A DNA stretch of 64,000 nucleotides. It comes from an uncultured virus (IMG/VR IMGVR_UViG_3300028844_005666) (lineage: Duplodnaviria > Heunggongvirae > Uroviricota > Caudoviricetes). A program made the translations under genes and the position numbers. The DNA lies in IMG/VR virus record IMGVR_UViG_3300028844_005666; one strand, 5' to 3'. Below the pieces are notes generated by a model. That model saw nothing but the letters and a program-made list of their open reading frames with translations. It was not told the DNA's origin and did no database searches. Shown piece after piece: positions 40,298-50,020 of this stretch. The first letter of the stretch is position 1. The number at the start of each line of letters is the position of its first letter.

Positions 40298-40340
40298 TTA
40301 TAGTATGAATATTAAAAAAGTTATCATACATTTCAACAAT

Positions 40341-40374
40341 AAGCTCAACCTGGGATCAGGTCTGAGCTTTTTTT
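40341..40374 (+). terminator. Hairpin plus T-run upstream of phoH
   Basis: AAGCTCA-ACCTG-GGAT-CAGGT-C-TGAGCTT-TTTT. Confidence 0.65.
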
Positions 40375-40398
40375 CATTTATAAGACGGAGAAGTACGA

Positions 40399-41091
40399 AT
40401 GGGCAGAGCCAAGACACGCAAAAAGGATTCCTTTATGATTGATATTAAAAGCGCGGCATCCTTCCATATTCAACCAAAAAATCCTACTCAACAATACTTA
40501 TTAGATTGTATCGAACAAAGTTCTATAACAGCTGTTATTGGACCTGCAGGTACAGGAAAGACATATTGTTCGGGTATGAAAGTAAGTCAACTATTCTTAA
40601 AAGGAGGTTATGATAAGATAGTACTCTCACGAGCTAACGTACCAACGGGACGCTCTCTAGGTTTCTTTCCTGGGTCAATTAAAGATAAACTAGCGCCATG
40701 GTTAGCACCTCTAACTAATGTGCTTAGACAAGGTTTAGGTTCCGGTCGTTACGACTTTATGGAAACTAAAAACGAAATAGAAGTACAACCTATTGAGACT
40801 ATAAGAGGAAGATCATTTGAAAACTCTTTAGTGTTAGTAGATGAAGCTCAAAATTTAACAATAGAAGAAATTAAAGCTGTAACAACTAGATTAGGAGAAG
40901 GAAGTAAGTTAATTTTACTAGGTGACCCTGCTCAATCTGATGTAGCTAACGGTGACGGTTTAGTTGATTTTGTTGAGATGTGTCAAAAATATAATATCGA
41001 TATTCCAATAATTAAATTTGGTTTAAAAGACATTGTAAGATCAGATATTGTAGCACAACTAGTCAAAATGTTTTATAAGGAAAATTTATAA
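40399..41091 (+). CDS. phoH: PhoH-family ATPase
   Basis: GPAGTGKT, GFFPG, RGRSF, DEAQN, GDPAQSD. Confidence 0.95.
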   Translation: MGRAKTRKKDSFMIDIKSAASFHIQPKNPTQQYLLDCIEQSSITAVIGPAGTGKTYCSGMKVSQLFLKGGYDKIVLSRANVPTGRSLGFFPGSIKDKLAPWLAPLTNVLRQGLGSGRYDFMETKNEIEVQPIETIRGRSFENSLVLVDEAQNLTIEEIKAVTTRLGEGSKLILLGDPAQSDVANGDGLVDFVEMCQKYNIDIPIIKFGLKDIVRSDIVAQLVKMFYKENL

Positions 41092-41132
41092 AAAAAAGTT
41101 GAGAGGAGGGAACCTTTTCCTTCCTTTCGACT
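41090..41132. terminator. Long hairpin between convergent genes
   Basis: AGTTGAGAGGAGGGAA/TTCCTTCCTTTCGACT with G-U pairs; A-run flank. Confidence 0.65.
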
Positions 41133-41160
41133 ATCACTTAAAGGTAACTGTTAAGGAATC

Positions 41161-41931
41161 TTAAGCCCCGCCGACCACGTGGTAGGGGTCACTACCGATA
41201 AGTATACGATCAGGGTAGTCTCTTAAACCATTAACGTATCCTCTCCAATACATAGCATTAATTGTCTCTTGAAACAATTCAGACTGTTCTATTTTACCAA
41301 TAGAAAAGTTACCATCTGTATCCCATACATCACATACAAAGTGCCATCTATCAGTATTGTTATTATTAGCTACATAATGGCGAGGGTGAACATTACACAT
41401 ATAAGCTGTTCCTTCTTCTAACTTATATGACTTATCATTGTATACAAAGTCAGTTCCATCTGTATGAATAGGTATATGGAACTTAAAGCCTCTTCCATCT
41501 GAATGTTCTTTTATCATCTCTCCTGGACCTAGATATGATAATCTACATCTACGAGGGTTCATATTTTTACTAATTAGCATGTCGACAATTTCTTTAAAGT
41601 AACCTGTACATGCTGAGGTAGGTTTATCAAAGTCTAACATATGATAAACTTTATTTTCTCTACACCAATTAAGATCAAATACTACATCCGGAAGCATTAA
41701 TTTTTCTCCGTTGTAGTTCCACTCTCTATAATTTTGATTCTTTCTATCATATTGTATTTCTATATGATAACCAAAACCGCTTACAGAAGTACCATCAGAT
41801 GATGTAACTGATACACCATGCAAACCACCTTCTCTATTTTTATGAATATTATGTTCTAGTAGAACTCGTTTTAACTCTGACTTTAGTCTAGGTAAATCGA
41901 ATTTCCATCCATTAGTGACAACAAATGACAT
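41161..41931 (-). CDS. 2OG-Fe(II) oxygenase, Asp/Asn beta-hydroxylase-like
   Basis: EHSD, FHIPI, HYVAN..RWH. Confidence 0.75.
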   Translation of the reverse strand: MSFVVTNGWKFDLPRLKSELKRVLLEHNIHKNREGGLHGVSVTSSDGTSVSGFGYHIEIQYDRKNQNYREWNYNGEKLMLPDVVFDLNWCRENKVYHMLDFDKPTSACTGYFKEIVDMLISKNMNPRRCRLSYLGPGEMIKEHSDGRGFKFHIPIHTDGTDFVYNDKSYKLEEGTAYMCNVHPRHYVANNNNTDRWHFVCDVWDTDGNFSIGKIEQSELFQETINAMYWRGYVNGLRDYPDRILIGSDPYHVVGGA

Positions 41932-41933
41932 CT

Positions 41934-42239
41934 CTATACTGCAAAACTTTCTCCGCATCCACATTGCGCTTTAGCGTTTGGATTAATAACTTTAAGATAA
42001 GAACCTCCAAACTCTTGTACATAATCAACTGTGCATCCTATAACGAACATTTCTGCTACTTTATCTACAACAAGTATGTCTTCTATTACTTGTCCCTTTT
42101 CATTAGTATCAGTCATGTCCCATTCGTATTGAAAGCCAGAGCAACCGCCTCCTAGTACACCTAGGTAAGCATATTTTTTATTATTCTTTTTTGTTAGTGA
42201 GCCCATATATTCACGAGCTGATTCTGTTAACTTTACCAT
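41934..42239 (-). CDS. iscA: HesB/IscA Fe-S cluster assembly protein
   Basis: GGGCSGFQY, CGCGESF; TAATG coupling at 42239. Confidence 0.92.
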   Translation of the reverse strand: MVKLTESAREYMGSLTKKNNKKYAYLGVLGGGCSGFQYEWDMTDTNEKGQVIEDILVVDKVAEMFVIGCTVDYVQEFGGSYLKVINPNAKAQCGCGESFAV

Positions 42240-42487
42240 TATAAAACCTTTTGTGCAATCATAGTTAAAATTGAAGCTTGAGCTATAATAAGTACAGCTA
42301 GTCCCCATACTTTTATATCGAATTTTTTAATTGCGGATTTGTGATCTTCTAATAATTCTTCTATTCTCTGATAACGAAGTGTACATTCAGCTTCATGTAC
42401 TGCTAGCTGCTTAATAAGTTGATTAATATTAAGTTTAGGCTTAATAGTTTGCTCTTGTTTTACAGTTGGCTTCTGTTCTAACTTCAT
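42239..42487 (-). CDS. Small coiled-coil protein with C-terminal TM (XhlA/holin-like)
   Basis: HEAEC..RY..I, hydrophobic tail. Confidence 0.55.
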   Translation of the reverse strand: MKLEQKPTVKQEQTIKPKLNINQLIKQLAVHEAECTLRYQRIEELLEDHKSAIKKFDIKVWGLAVLIIAQASILTMIAQKVL

Positions 42488-42693
42488 TTATTTTTAGCTT
42501 TCTTTTTTCCGGCTTTCATATTAGCCATCCAATGAGCAAGTTGACCTTTTCGTCCTCCTTGCTTTGCTACTTTTCTTAAATTAGATACAGATGATTTAGT
42601 AGGTACTCCATGTCGTTTAGAGTCTCCTTTATCCTGAGGATTCTTTCCGTCTTTAAAATTTTCTTTGAATTGACTAAAGCTTAGCAGTTCCAT
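42484..42693 (-). CDS. Small basic protein, putative internal head protein
   Basis: SFSQFKE capsid-targeting-like N-terminus. Confidence 0.6.
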   Translation of the reverse strand: MELLSFSQFKENFKDGKNPQDKGDSKRHGVPTKSSVSNLRKVAKQGGRKGQLAHWMANMKAGKKKAKNK

Positions 42694-43934
42694 CTAGCTC
42701 TAGCTGCCTTTCCTCTTTCACCAGTCCAACCTGATGAACGAGCACAAAAACTTTTTCTTCTTCCTGCTGCTTTACTTCCTGCTTTTAACTTACTCGGAGG
42801 AGTTGTTACAGCTGTTTTTAAATCACCACCTGTACGTCTATTATACTTAGCAACACCTTGAGCTGTCATCCCAGCTCCACTATCTGTACTTCTTTTATCA
42901 CCTGATTTTTGTGACATACCTGACATATCTTCTTTAGTCATTTTATCTACAGCACGATCAATACCTGTTCTTCTATTTCTTATCTTAGCATGATTCTTAG
43001 CTGTACGATGGCCAGGTTGCTCATCTGTTATTCCTGCTGCGAATGAACGATCGTCAACATTTTTAACAGCTTTCTTTACATACTTACCCATAGTGTCTTT
43101 TGATAATTCAGATAATTTATTTACATAATTATCCATATGTTCATTTTGTTTTCTAAGAACTGCTGCAACTTGAGGATGCTTATGAATGTCTTTTGATAAC
43201 TTATTCATAGCATTAACAGCACCAGTCATATTACCTTGTTTATATCGAGGATCAGAAGCAATACCAATTGCTTGTTTAACATGTTTAGGATCATGCTCTT
43301 CTCCAACTGATTCTTTGCTTGGATGGTTCTTTAAATTTACAATAGTTTTTCTTTGCTTATCTAAAGGATCAGATGCTAACTTCGCGCCGCCTGGACCATC
43401 TGAAGCCGGGTCACCCTTTTTTAGCTGACCTGCTTTTGTAAAATATGTTCCTGCAGGTGCTTCTTTTGTTTCACCCATTTTTTTATTTGAAAAGTCTCCA
43501 GTCTTTCTTCGAGCTTTAATTTTATCTTGAATTGTTAATTCTTCTGGCGGGCGTTTCTTTACTTTAAATGTTCTTTTCGGAGCTGCTTTTTTAGCAAAAC
43601 CAAACAATTCGCTAATTCGATCAGCAACAGCATCAGGGGTTTCATAATGGTCTTTTATTGTACTATGAAAATGATCATGAGACTTTGCAGCTGTAGCTTG
43701 CAATTTTCTTTTTTCATGAGAGGTTTTCATACCTTGATGTTTTGATAAAAATTTAGAAGCATGAGCTCTAGACACTTGATGTGTTTTACCGTCATTAAAT
43801 TTAACATGCTTTTGTCCGTTCATTGTAACAGACTTTCTAAGCTGCATTACAATATGTTGACCTTGATCTGCTTCATGTTCATCTTCAGCGGAAGGTTTTC
43901 TAATTTCATCTAAATAATCTGTAAAACTTTTCAT
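42681..43934 (-). CDS. Modular basic protein, putative internal head protein
   Basis: MKSFTDYLDE N-terminus, ELSK module, RRKSFCAR; late-type AATAAATA at 43955-43962. Confidence 0.65.
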   Translation of the reverse strand: MKSFTDYLDEIRKPSAEDEHEADQGQHIVMQLRKSVTMNGQKHVKFNDGKTHQVSRAHASKFLSKHQGMKTSHEKRKLQATAAKSHDHFHSTIKDHYETPDAVADRISELFGFAKKAAPKRTFKVKKRPPEELTIQDKIKARRKTGDFSNKKMGETKEAPAGTYFTKAGQLKKGDPASDGPGGAKLASDPLDKQRKTIVNLKNHPSKESVGEEHDPKHVKQAIGIASDPRYKQGNMTGAVNAMNKLSKDIHKHPQVAAVLRKQNEHMDNYVNKLSELSKDTMGKYVKKAVKNVDDRSFAAGITDEQPGHRTAKNHAKIRNRRTGIDRAVDKMTKEDMSGMSQKSGDKRSTDSGAGMTAQGVAKYNRRTGGDLKTAVTTPPSKLKAGSKAAGRRKSFCARSSGWTGERGKAARARWNC

Positions 43935-43960
43935 TTTAATACTCCTGATTATATTATTTA

Positions 43961-44542
43961 TTATATTGAATCATTGTTAGCTTTGCCATCAGTGTATGTT
44001 TCGTGTTCGAAATACATGTATCTAAATGTCATTGTACAAGTTAATGGTTCCACGTCTATAGAACTAGAATTATATTGTGGACCTTCTAATGATATAGGAA
44101 AAGCATTTTTAAACTTCCAAGCTACAATAGGTCTGTTACCTGCATCAGTACCAAACAACTCTATGTTAGTCATTGTTTTACTAAATTCTGGACCTGAGCC
44201 TCTAATTCTTTTTGAATACTCTGTAAATTGATCACTACTTTCCGGAACGTTAATTGCTTTCATCCATAATAAAAATTCTCTATAAGCTGTAAAATTTTTA
44301 TCAATAACAACTGTTGCATCTAAGCTTCCATAATCTATACCGTCTCCGGGTACGTACATTCTAGTAGGATTTAATGAGTTAGGTAATACAGATTCACCAC
44401 CATTTATTGTTGGTATTGTAAACGACTGAACTGTAAATACAACCTTAGGTAATCTTTCACATGTCAAAAAATAATTTTGAGGTGGAGTAAAGCTTAACTC
44501 TACTTGTCTATTTGTAATAACGTCTGTAAAATTAGTTGCCAT
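43961..44542 (-). CDS. Tail tube terminator/completion protein, gp3-like
   Basis: LPKV.F, PGD, F..AFPISL, F.Y; position after gp23. Confidence 0.75.
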   Translation of the reverse strand: MATNFTDVITNRQVELSFTPPQNYFLTCERLPKVVFTVQSFTIPTINGGESVLPNSLNPTRMYVPGDGIDYGSLDATVVIDKNFTAYREFLLWMKAINVPESSDQFTEYSKRIRGSGPEFSKTMTNIELFGTDAGNRPIVAWKFKNAFPISLEGPQYNSSSIDVEPLTCTMTFRYMYFEHETYTDGKANNDSI

Positions 44543-45335
44543 TTATTACCTCTGTTTTAAATTTAATTAATAAACCCATTTTATTATTCCAAGTTAACGA
44601 TTTTAAATAATTGTAATCGTCTTTAAATTCTTTTCTTTTATTTAAACTACTGCAATGTACTTGTATAGCATCTAACTCTATTATACTTCCAGGTATCCAA
44701 TCAAATACGTTTTCAATAGTTAAACCTTCTAGTCTTTCATAATCTAAATGGTAAAGATAATTATCATAAAAGTTTTGATCAAAAGGTTTTAAATTTTTTT
44801 CTTTTTTTATTTCTTTACCGTTGTTATGATAAAATTGCAAATCACTATAATCTGTATAACCTTTATATTGTGAACCAGTTTTATTATAATCGCCTTTGTA
44901 ACCTTTAACAAAATCAGCTGAATAATCTATTAATCTTTGATTAAATAATACCATCTTACCTGCTGAGTTTCTATAATTATCTTTATGCTTACCAATCCAT
45001 AAAGGAATAACTACGTTTCTATATACGGTATTATTTTTATCATCGATAAAATCTATCTCTTTAAAACTGTCTGTATGTATACCATAAGGGGAAGTAGTTA
45101 TAAAGAAGTTGCCACCTAAGAACTCTCCACTTATACTTAATTTCTTTTTAATTAATTCATAAGCTTCTTTAACAGACTGTCCTTGAATAAAGACATTACC
45201 ATAACGATTATACCTAGCACCTCCATACTTAAAAGCTAAATCAAACAAAGTGTTTAATTCATACTCTGAAAAAACTTTAGTGTGACATTTTGCCGGAGCA
45301 ACATTCTGTAAAAGTGTTCGCTTATCTAATATCAT
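44532..45335 (-). CDS. Probable 2OG-Fe(II) oxygenase-like protein
   Basis: IHTD..VVIPL..D...VHCS; TATAAATA at 45343-45350. Confidence 0.55.
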   Translation of the reverse strand: MILDKRTLLQNVAPAKCHTKVFSEYELNTLFDLAFKYGGARYNRYGNVFIQGQSVKEAYELIKKKLSISGEFLGGNFFITTSPYGIHTDSFKEIDFIDDKNNTVYRNVVIPLWIGKHKDNYRNSAGKMVLFNQRLIDYSADFVKGYKGDYNKTGSQYKGYTDYSDLQFYHNNGKEIKKEKNLKPFDQNFYDNYLYHLDYERLEGLTIENVFDWIPGSIIELDAIQVHCSSLNKRKEFKDDYNYLKSLTWNNKMGLLIKFKTEVINGN

Positions 45336-45353
45336 TACATTATATTTATACAC

Positions 45354-45382
45354 AAAAAAAGGGAGACCGAAGCCTCCCTTTT
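45354..45382 (-). terminator. Intrinsic terminator after gp23 with UUCG tetraloop
   Basis: GGGAGGC-TTCG-GTCTCCC-T7. Confidence 0.92.
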
Positions 45383-45401
45383 GCGTTTTTCGTATAAGCT
45401 A

Positions 45402-46886
45402 TTACACGTTATCTACTGCGAACTTTCTGTAGTAGACGTTTGAGTGAGGTGCAACTAATCCTTTAGATTGAATTGCAGAAGCTCCACCAGCAAATGGATT
45501 ACTTACCATACCGTATCTAGTTTTAAAACCGATTTTAGGTTGGAAAGTCTCTTGAGCAACAGCTCTGACCATTTGTAGAGGTACATAAGGACAATAGAAC
45601 ATACCAGCGTCCATATTGTTTGTACCTTTATAACCAACAACGATGTAGTCACCTGATGTTGCATAAGGGTCAATATAAACTCTTGTTCTACCATTTAAAG
45701 TACCTGCGAATACACCTGATGTAACATCTACATCTAGGTTATCCTGGATATTTGAGCTATAGTCTAGCAAGCCAGCCATAGTCAAACCTGAAGCTACGTT
45801 AGCAGAACATAACATAAAGTTACCTTTACCTCTTCTAGTTTCGAATGCAATGTTATTGCTTTCTTTTTCTATCTGAAGCATAAGACCTTTTTGTCTTTCT
45901 ACTGACCATCTACCTTGACCATCAGCAATAAGATCAAATCTTCCTGCTGTTGTTAGGCCTGTAGCACCTCTTTTAGCTTGAGAAATAATAGTGTATACTA
46001 CTTCTCTATTGATCTCAGCTAAGATTTCTGTAGACAGAATATTTGATAATTCTGCTTCAGCATCTAGACCGTGAACAGCTCTAAGATCTTGGACTAACTC
46101 CATAGTGTATTCACTTTTAAGAGCACGTGTCTTTGCTTCGACAGCTGTTCTCTCAATTGTGAATGACATTTCTCTGAAGTTATCGCCTTCACCTTCTCTA
46201 GTAGTCATACCATATGAAGAAGTACCTTCTGCACTGATTTTAGCAGAACCACCAGCTAGTGCTGGGTTAGCTCCGGTAGCAGTACCGAATGGGTTATTCA
46301 CAGGTGTTACTGAGTTATCAGTATACGCATCTGACTCTGCAGATGTTGAACCACTGTTAGAAGCTCTTGAAGGATCAAATGGGTTACCTGAAGTAGACTC
46401 ATTTGCACCATCAGCATGAGTGCCTGGAGCACCAGTATTGAAGGCTGTACCAGAAAAGTTCGGGAACACTTCGTTGTAGAAAGCCTCTAAGCCCTCTTCA
46501 CCAAGTCCATCGACTTCATTTCTGTTATTATATCTTGCACGTAGTGCGAAGATTAAACCTGTTGGCGCTGACATAGCTTGCACACCACAAAGATCGAAAG
46601 CCATCATTTGAGGCATCGCTCTTCTTACTAGTGATATGATAATTGGATCGTAACCTGCACGACCAGTTGCATTAATAGTGGCGTTATCTCCGGCTCCGGA
46701 AAACGCTCCACCAAAGGCTGCACCAGATACACTTGATTCCTGAATTTGAGACTCTTCTTGCAATGCTTTCTCTGTGTTCTCTAGAACTTGAGCTACAACT
46801 GCTTTCTTTTCTCTTTCTTTAATTTCAGGCAAATCATCGTGGTTAATTACTGGGGCCCATTTTTCAGTGAGAACATCAAAGGACAT
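45402..46886 (-). CDS. gp23: Major capsid protein
   Basis: LVRRAMP, GVQAMSAPTG, YCPYVPL, FQPKIGFKTRYG. Confidence 0.97.
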   Translation of the reverse strand: MSFDVLTEKWAPVINHDDLPEIKEREKKAVVAQVLENTEKALQEESQIQESSVSGAAFGGAFSGAGDNATINATGRAGYDPIIISLVRRAMPQMMAFDLCGVQAMSAPTGLIFALRARYNNRNEVDGLGEEGLEAFYNEVFPNFSGTAFNTGAPGTHADGANESTSGNPFDPSRASNSGSTSAESDAYTDNSVTPVNNPFGTATGANPALAGGSAKISAEGTSSYGMTTREGEGDNFREMSFTIERTAVEAKTRALKSEYTMELVQDLRAVHGLDAEAELSNILSTEILAEINREVVYTIISQAKRGATGLTTAGRFDLIADGQGRWSVERQKGLMLQIEKESNNIAFETRRGKGNFMLCSANVASGLTMAGLLDYSSNIQDNLDVDVTSGVFAGTLNGRTRVYIDPYATSGDYIVVGYKGTNNMDAGMFYCPYVPLQMVRAVAQETFQPKIGFKTRYGMVSNPFAGGASAIQSKGLVAPHSNVYYRKFAVDNV

Positions 46887-46945
46887 TACTCTATCTCCCT
46901 ATTAAAAACGTTGATATAATTTTTCTTAATCATTATTAATTTTTC

Positions 46946-48973
46946 TTATTTACTTATAGTTTTTGATAAGAACTGCGCGTATGCACTTACTGTAGAGTCG
47001 TTATGATCTTCTGTAATTACTTCGTCAGTACCAATCACTTCTTCACTCAATGAGGTTAGAAGCTTTGAGTTTTCTTCGCTTTGATTAAAGTAAGCCTCTT
47101 TGAGGTCACTTAACTTGGCTTGGAACTCTTCAGTATCTTTAGCATCTACTGACTCAGCTAATTTTTCTAATCTAATTTTCTGTGTCTGTGTTAGCTCTGA
47201 TGATACCTCTTCTACAATTGAAGCCTTTTTATAATCAAGGACTTCTTTTTGTAAATTTTCTGCAAGAGTCTGAGACTCTTCTACTTGTTCTTTGAAAGAA
47301 TCTATTTGTTCAGTTAACTCATCAACTACTGAGATATCATCTTCAGGGATATCGATATAGTTTTCTGCAAATAGTTTTCTCATTCCTGAGATAAAGTTTT
47401 CAGCTACTTCAGTTCTAAGAGAGTACTTAATTTCTAATGCATTCTCTTCTAACCATTCTTTAACTGCATAATCAACATACTCGTTAATCTTATCGCTAAT
47501 AGCAGCTTTCTCTTCATTAAGTTTCTCTTCGTAGTCAGCTTGAATCTTCTCAACTACTAGATCTACTTTTTCATTTACAGCTGTTTCAAATACTACAGCA
47601 GCTTTACGTTTAAAATCTTCATCTAATTCTGCTTCTAAATCAGTTTCAGTTTCTTCTGCTGCCATTTTATTAACAATTGGATCACTTGCTTGATCATGAG
47701 CACCTTTATTAGCATCTGCTTTTACTGAAGCTTTTGCCATCTTTGTAGGTCCTGCAGGATTTGCAATAGTTGGTGTGTCATGAGGATCGTTTGCTTGATT
47801 ATGTGGACCAGCGCCTACATCACCACCTTTTGTTTCTGCTTCACCTTTAGCTGATTTTTTATCTTGATCAGGTAAATTTTTCATATTAGCATCAGTCTGA
47901 ATAGTAGTATCTTGACCTTTAGCATCACCAACTTTTTGCATTGGTTCACCTGCTGGTAAAGCTTCTTCTACTTCTTCTACTTCTTCAGTAGTTGCTTTTT
48001 CAGCTTCATCTTCGATAGGATGCTCGATAACGTTACCGTCTTCATCTTTTTCGTGATGCTCTTCTTCTACAGCTTCTTTTTCTTCTGTTTCAGCATCATA
48101 TTCAGCTTCTGATTCTTCAATTGATTCAGCTAATTGAGCTAACTCATCAGCGAAGATACTTTCTTCTTCTTCAGTTAGTTCTTTCATTAACTCATACCAG
48201 TTTTCTTCTTCTAAGTTTTTAAGCTCATTCCAATCCCAGTTGGCAGTACCTTCTTCGATTGTGATTTCACCAGCATGAAGAACATACATAGCATCTTCAT
48301 AAGTTACTTCTTCTTTTTTCATTGCTTTATTGATAGCATTTCTTCTTTTCTTTAGATAATCATCTGACTCATCTTCGTCGCCATCGTTATCTACGTCACC
48401 ATCTTCTTGACCAACCGGATCCATCTTAGCTTTTTCATCAACAGTTTCAGCTTCTTCTTCTGATTCTGTCTCTTCGCTCATTCCTGGATCGTCACATTGG
48501 TTATGAGGTCCTTTGTTAGCTTCTGCTTCTGCAGATGCTTGAGAAGGTTTAGCGCTTATACCATCTATTGAATTAGTATCGCCTGCGTTATCGGTAGACT
48601 GATCATGTGGACCTTTATCAGCCTCGACCGTTGCAGATGCATCACTAGCAATCTTCCCTTTATTCATATCACCTTCATCACCAGCATTTTCACCTGCTTG
48701 GTTATGGGGTCCTTTGTCAGCTGCTACTTCAGGAGACTGTTTACCGCTTCCTGGTTTAATTGTAGCCATATCAGCTGTCTTACCATCGCTAGTTAAATTC
48801 TTAGCGTTGTCGGCATTTTGATCAGCTTCTGCTATGTTATCTTCTTTCATAGGCTTTTTTTCCTGAGGGTTGGTAATCATATCCTTTTTGGTCATATGCT
48901 CACCACTCTTAGGTGCCTTCTCTTCAAGAAGATCTTCTATTACGTTTATCAAATCTTTAGACATGGGGTCCAC
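46946..48973 (-). CDS. gp22: Prohead core scaffold protein with long acidic N-terminus
   Basis: C-terminal VFETAV, YVDY..EW..EN, ENYIDIPE; between gp21 and gp23. Confidence 0.88.
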   Translation of the reverse strand: MDPMSKDLINVIEDLLEEKAPKSGEHMTKKDMITNPQEKKPMKEDNIAEADQNADNAKNLTSDGKTADMATIKPGSGKQSPEVAADKGPHNQAGENAGDEGDMNKGKIASDASATVEADKGPHDQSTDNAGDTNSIDGISAKPSQASAEAEANKGPHNQCDDPGMSEETESEEEAETVDEKAKMDPVGQEDGDVDNDGDEDESDDYLKKRRNAINKAMKKEEVTYEDAMYVLHAGEITIEEGTANWDWNELKNLEEENWYELMKELTEEEESIFADELAQLAESIEESEAEYDAETEEKEAVEEEHHEKDEDGNVIEHPIEDEAEKATTEEVEEVEEALPAGEPMQKVGDAKGQDTTIQTDANMKNLPDQDKKSAKGEAETKGGDVGAGPHNQANDPHDTPTIANPAGPTKMAKASVKADANKGAHDQASDPIVNKMAAEETETDLEAELDEDFKRKAAVVFETAVNEKVDLVVEKIQADYEEKLNEEKAAISDKINEYVDYAVKEWLEENALEIKYSLRTEVAENFISGMRKLFAENYIDIPEDDISVVDELTEQIDSFKEQVEESQTLAENLQKEVLDYKKASIVEEVSSELTQTQKIRLEKLAESVDAKDTEEFQAKLSDLKEAYFNQSEENSKLLTSLSEEVIGTDEVITEDHNDSTVSAYAQFLSKTISK

Positions 48974-48998
48974 TCCTTGTTGTCCTTTTATTTATTAA

Positions 48999-49652
48999 TT
49001 AAAGATCTCTTAAGAACTTGTTAAACATATTAAGCTTAACTTCGTTTAATTCAGATTTCTTTGCTAGCATTAAATTTTTTCGCTCTATATCAAGATCTAC
49101 TCTAGAGAATACCCCTGACTCATATATCCATTCAGCTTGTTCATAAACACCTTCAACGAATGAAGATTGAGCTGAAGGATCAAATACGATATCGGCTGCA
49201 GTTGTTAGTACAAAATCACTCTGTACTTCATTATGTCCCATTCTAGTTGGCTTAAGAGAACCTAAACCTCTAGAACTAACACCTACAGTCACTCCATCAT
49301 CTAATAAATTTTCTACTATCTTACCCATAGGTGTAGATAATACCTTTGCTTTTCCTTTATAATATATTCCATCTTGTTCTAAAGACTCAGTAAGAATAGC
49401 TGCTCTCTCTGGATTCACAACAGGTTCAGCTGGATGGTTTAATTCACCTAGCGCTCTTTTTTTATCAATGTACTCTTCTTTGTACTTTGATACTGCTCCG
49501 TCCATTACTGATTGAGGGTATATTCTACCATTTCTGTTTTCTTTTTCAGCTTGTAAAAAAGGACCTGATATGAATAGTTTTTTATTGCTACCTTTACCTT
49601 CAGATATTACTTTCACGTTTTCAAATAATGTTGGTTCTGCTATAAGTTTCAT
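48999..49652 (-). CDS. gp21: Prohead protease
   Basis: NRNGRIYP, GELNHP, GVSSRGLGS, DPSA. Confidence 0.95.
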   Translation of the reverse strand: MKLIAEPTLFENVKVISEGKGSNKKLFISGPFLQAEKENRNGRIYPQSVMDGAVSKYKEEYIDKKRALGELNHPAEPVVNPERAAILTESLEQDGIYYKGKAKVLSTPMGKIVENLLDDGVTVGVSSRGLGSLKPTRMGHNEVQSDFVLTTAADIVFDPSAQSSFVEGVYEQAEWIYESGVFSRVDLDIERKNLMLAKKSELNEVKLNMFNKFLRDL

Positions 49653-49666
49653 TGTTCTATCCTATC

Positions 49667-50011
49667 TTAATTAGCTACTATAAAGCCTCTTAATTCAATT
49701 ATTGCATTAGGGCTAGTACCTACTACAGTAAGAGATCCACCTCCTGCTGATCCAGTAAAAGGTAAACCTCCAAATTGAGATAGTAACCAGTTACCAGTTT
49801 CGAATACTTTACCGTCTAATGTAACATCATTAGGTCCCATATTAATAACTGTCTCGATTCTATTAGGTTGGAATCTTTTAGTTTCACCAGTTTCTAATGT
49901 AAACAATAATGCATCTGAATCGAATGCTGAAGCAGAATCAATATGCAATGTTACCCTTGCAGAGTTTTGATCTCTTGCTGTAATTCTTTTTGCTATTATA
50001 GTGTTAGCCAT
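49667..50011 (-). CDS. Hypothetical virion protein
   Basis: GGAG RBS; in head operon. Confidence 0.6.
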   Translation of the reverse strand: MANTIIAKRITARDQNSARVTLHIDSASAFDSDALLFTLETGETKRFQPNRIETVINMGPNDVTLDGKVFETGNWLLSQFGGLPFTGSAGGGSLTVVGTSPNAIIELRGFIVAN

Positions 50012-50020
50012 TTATATCTC

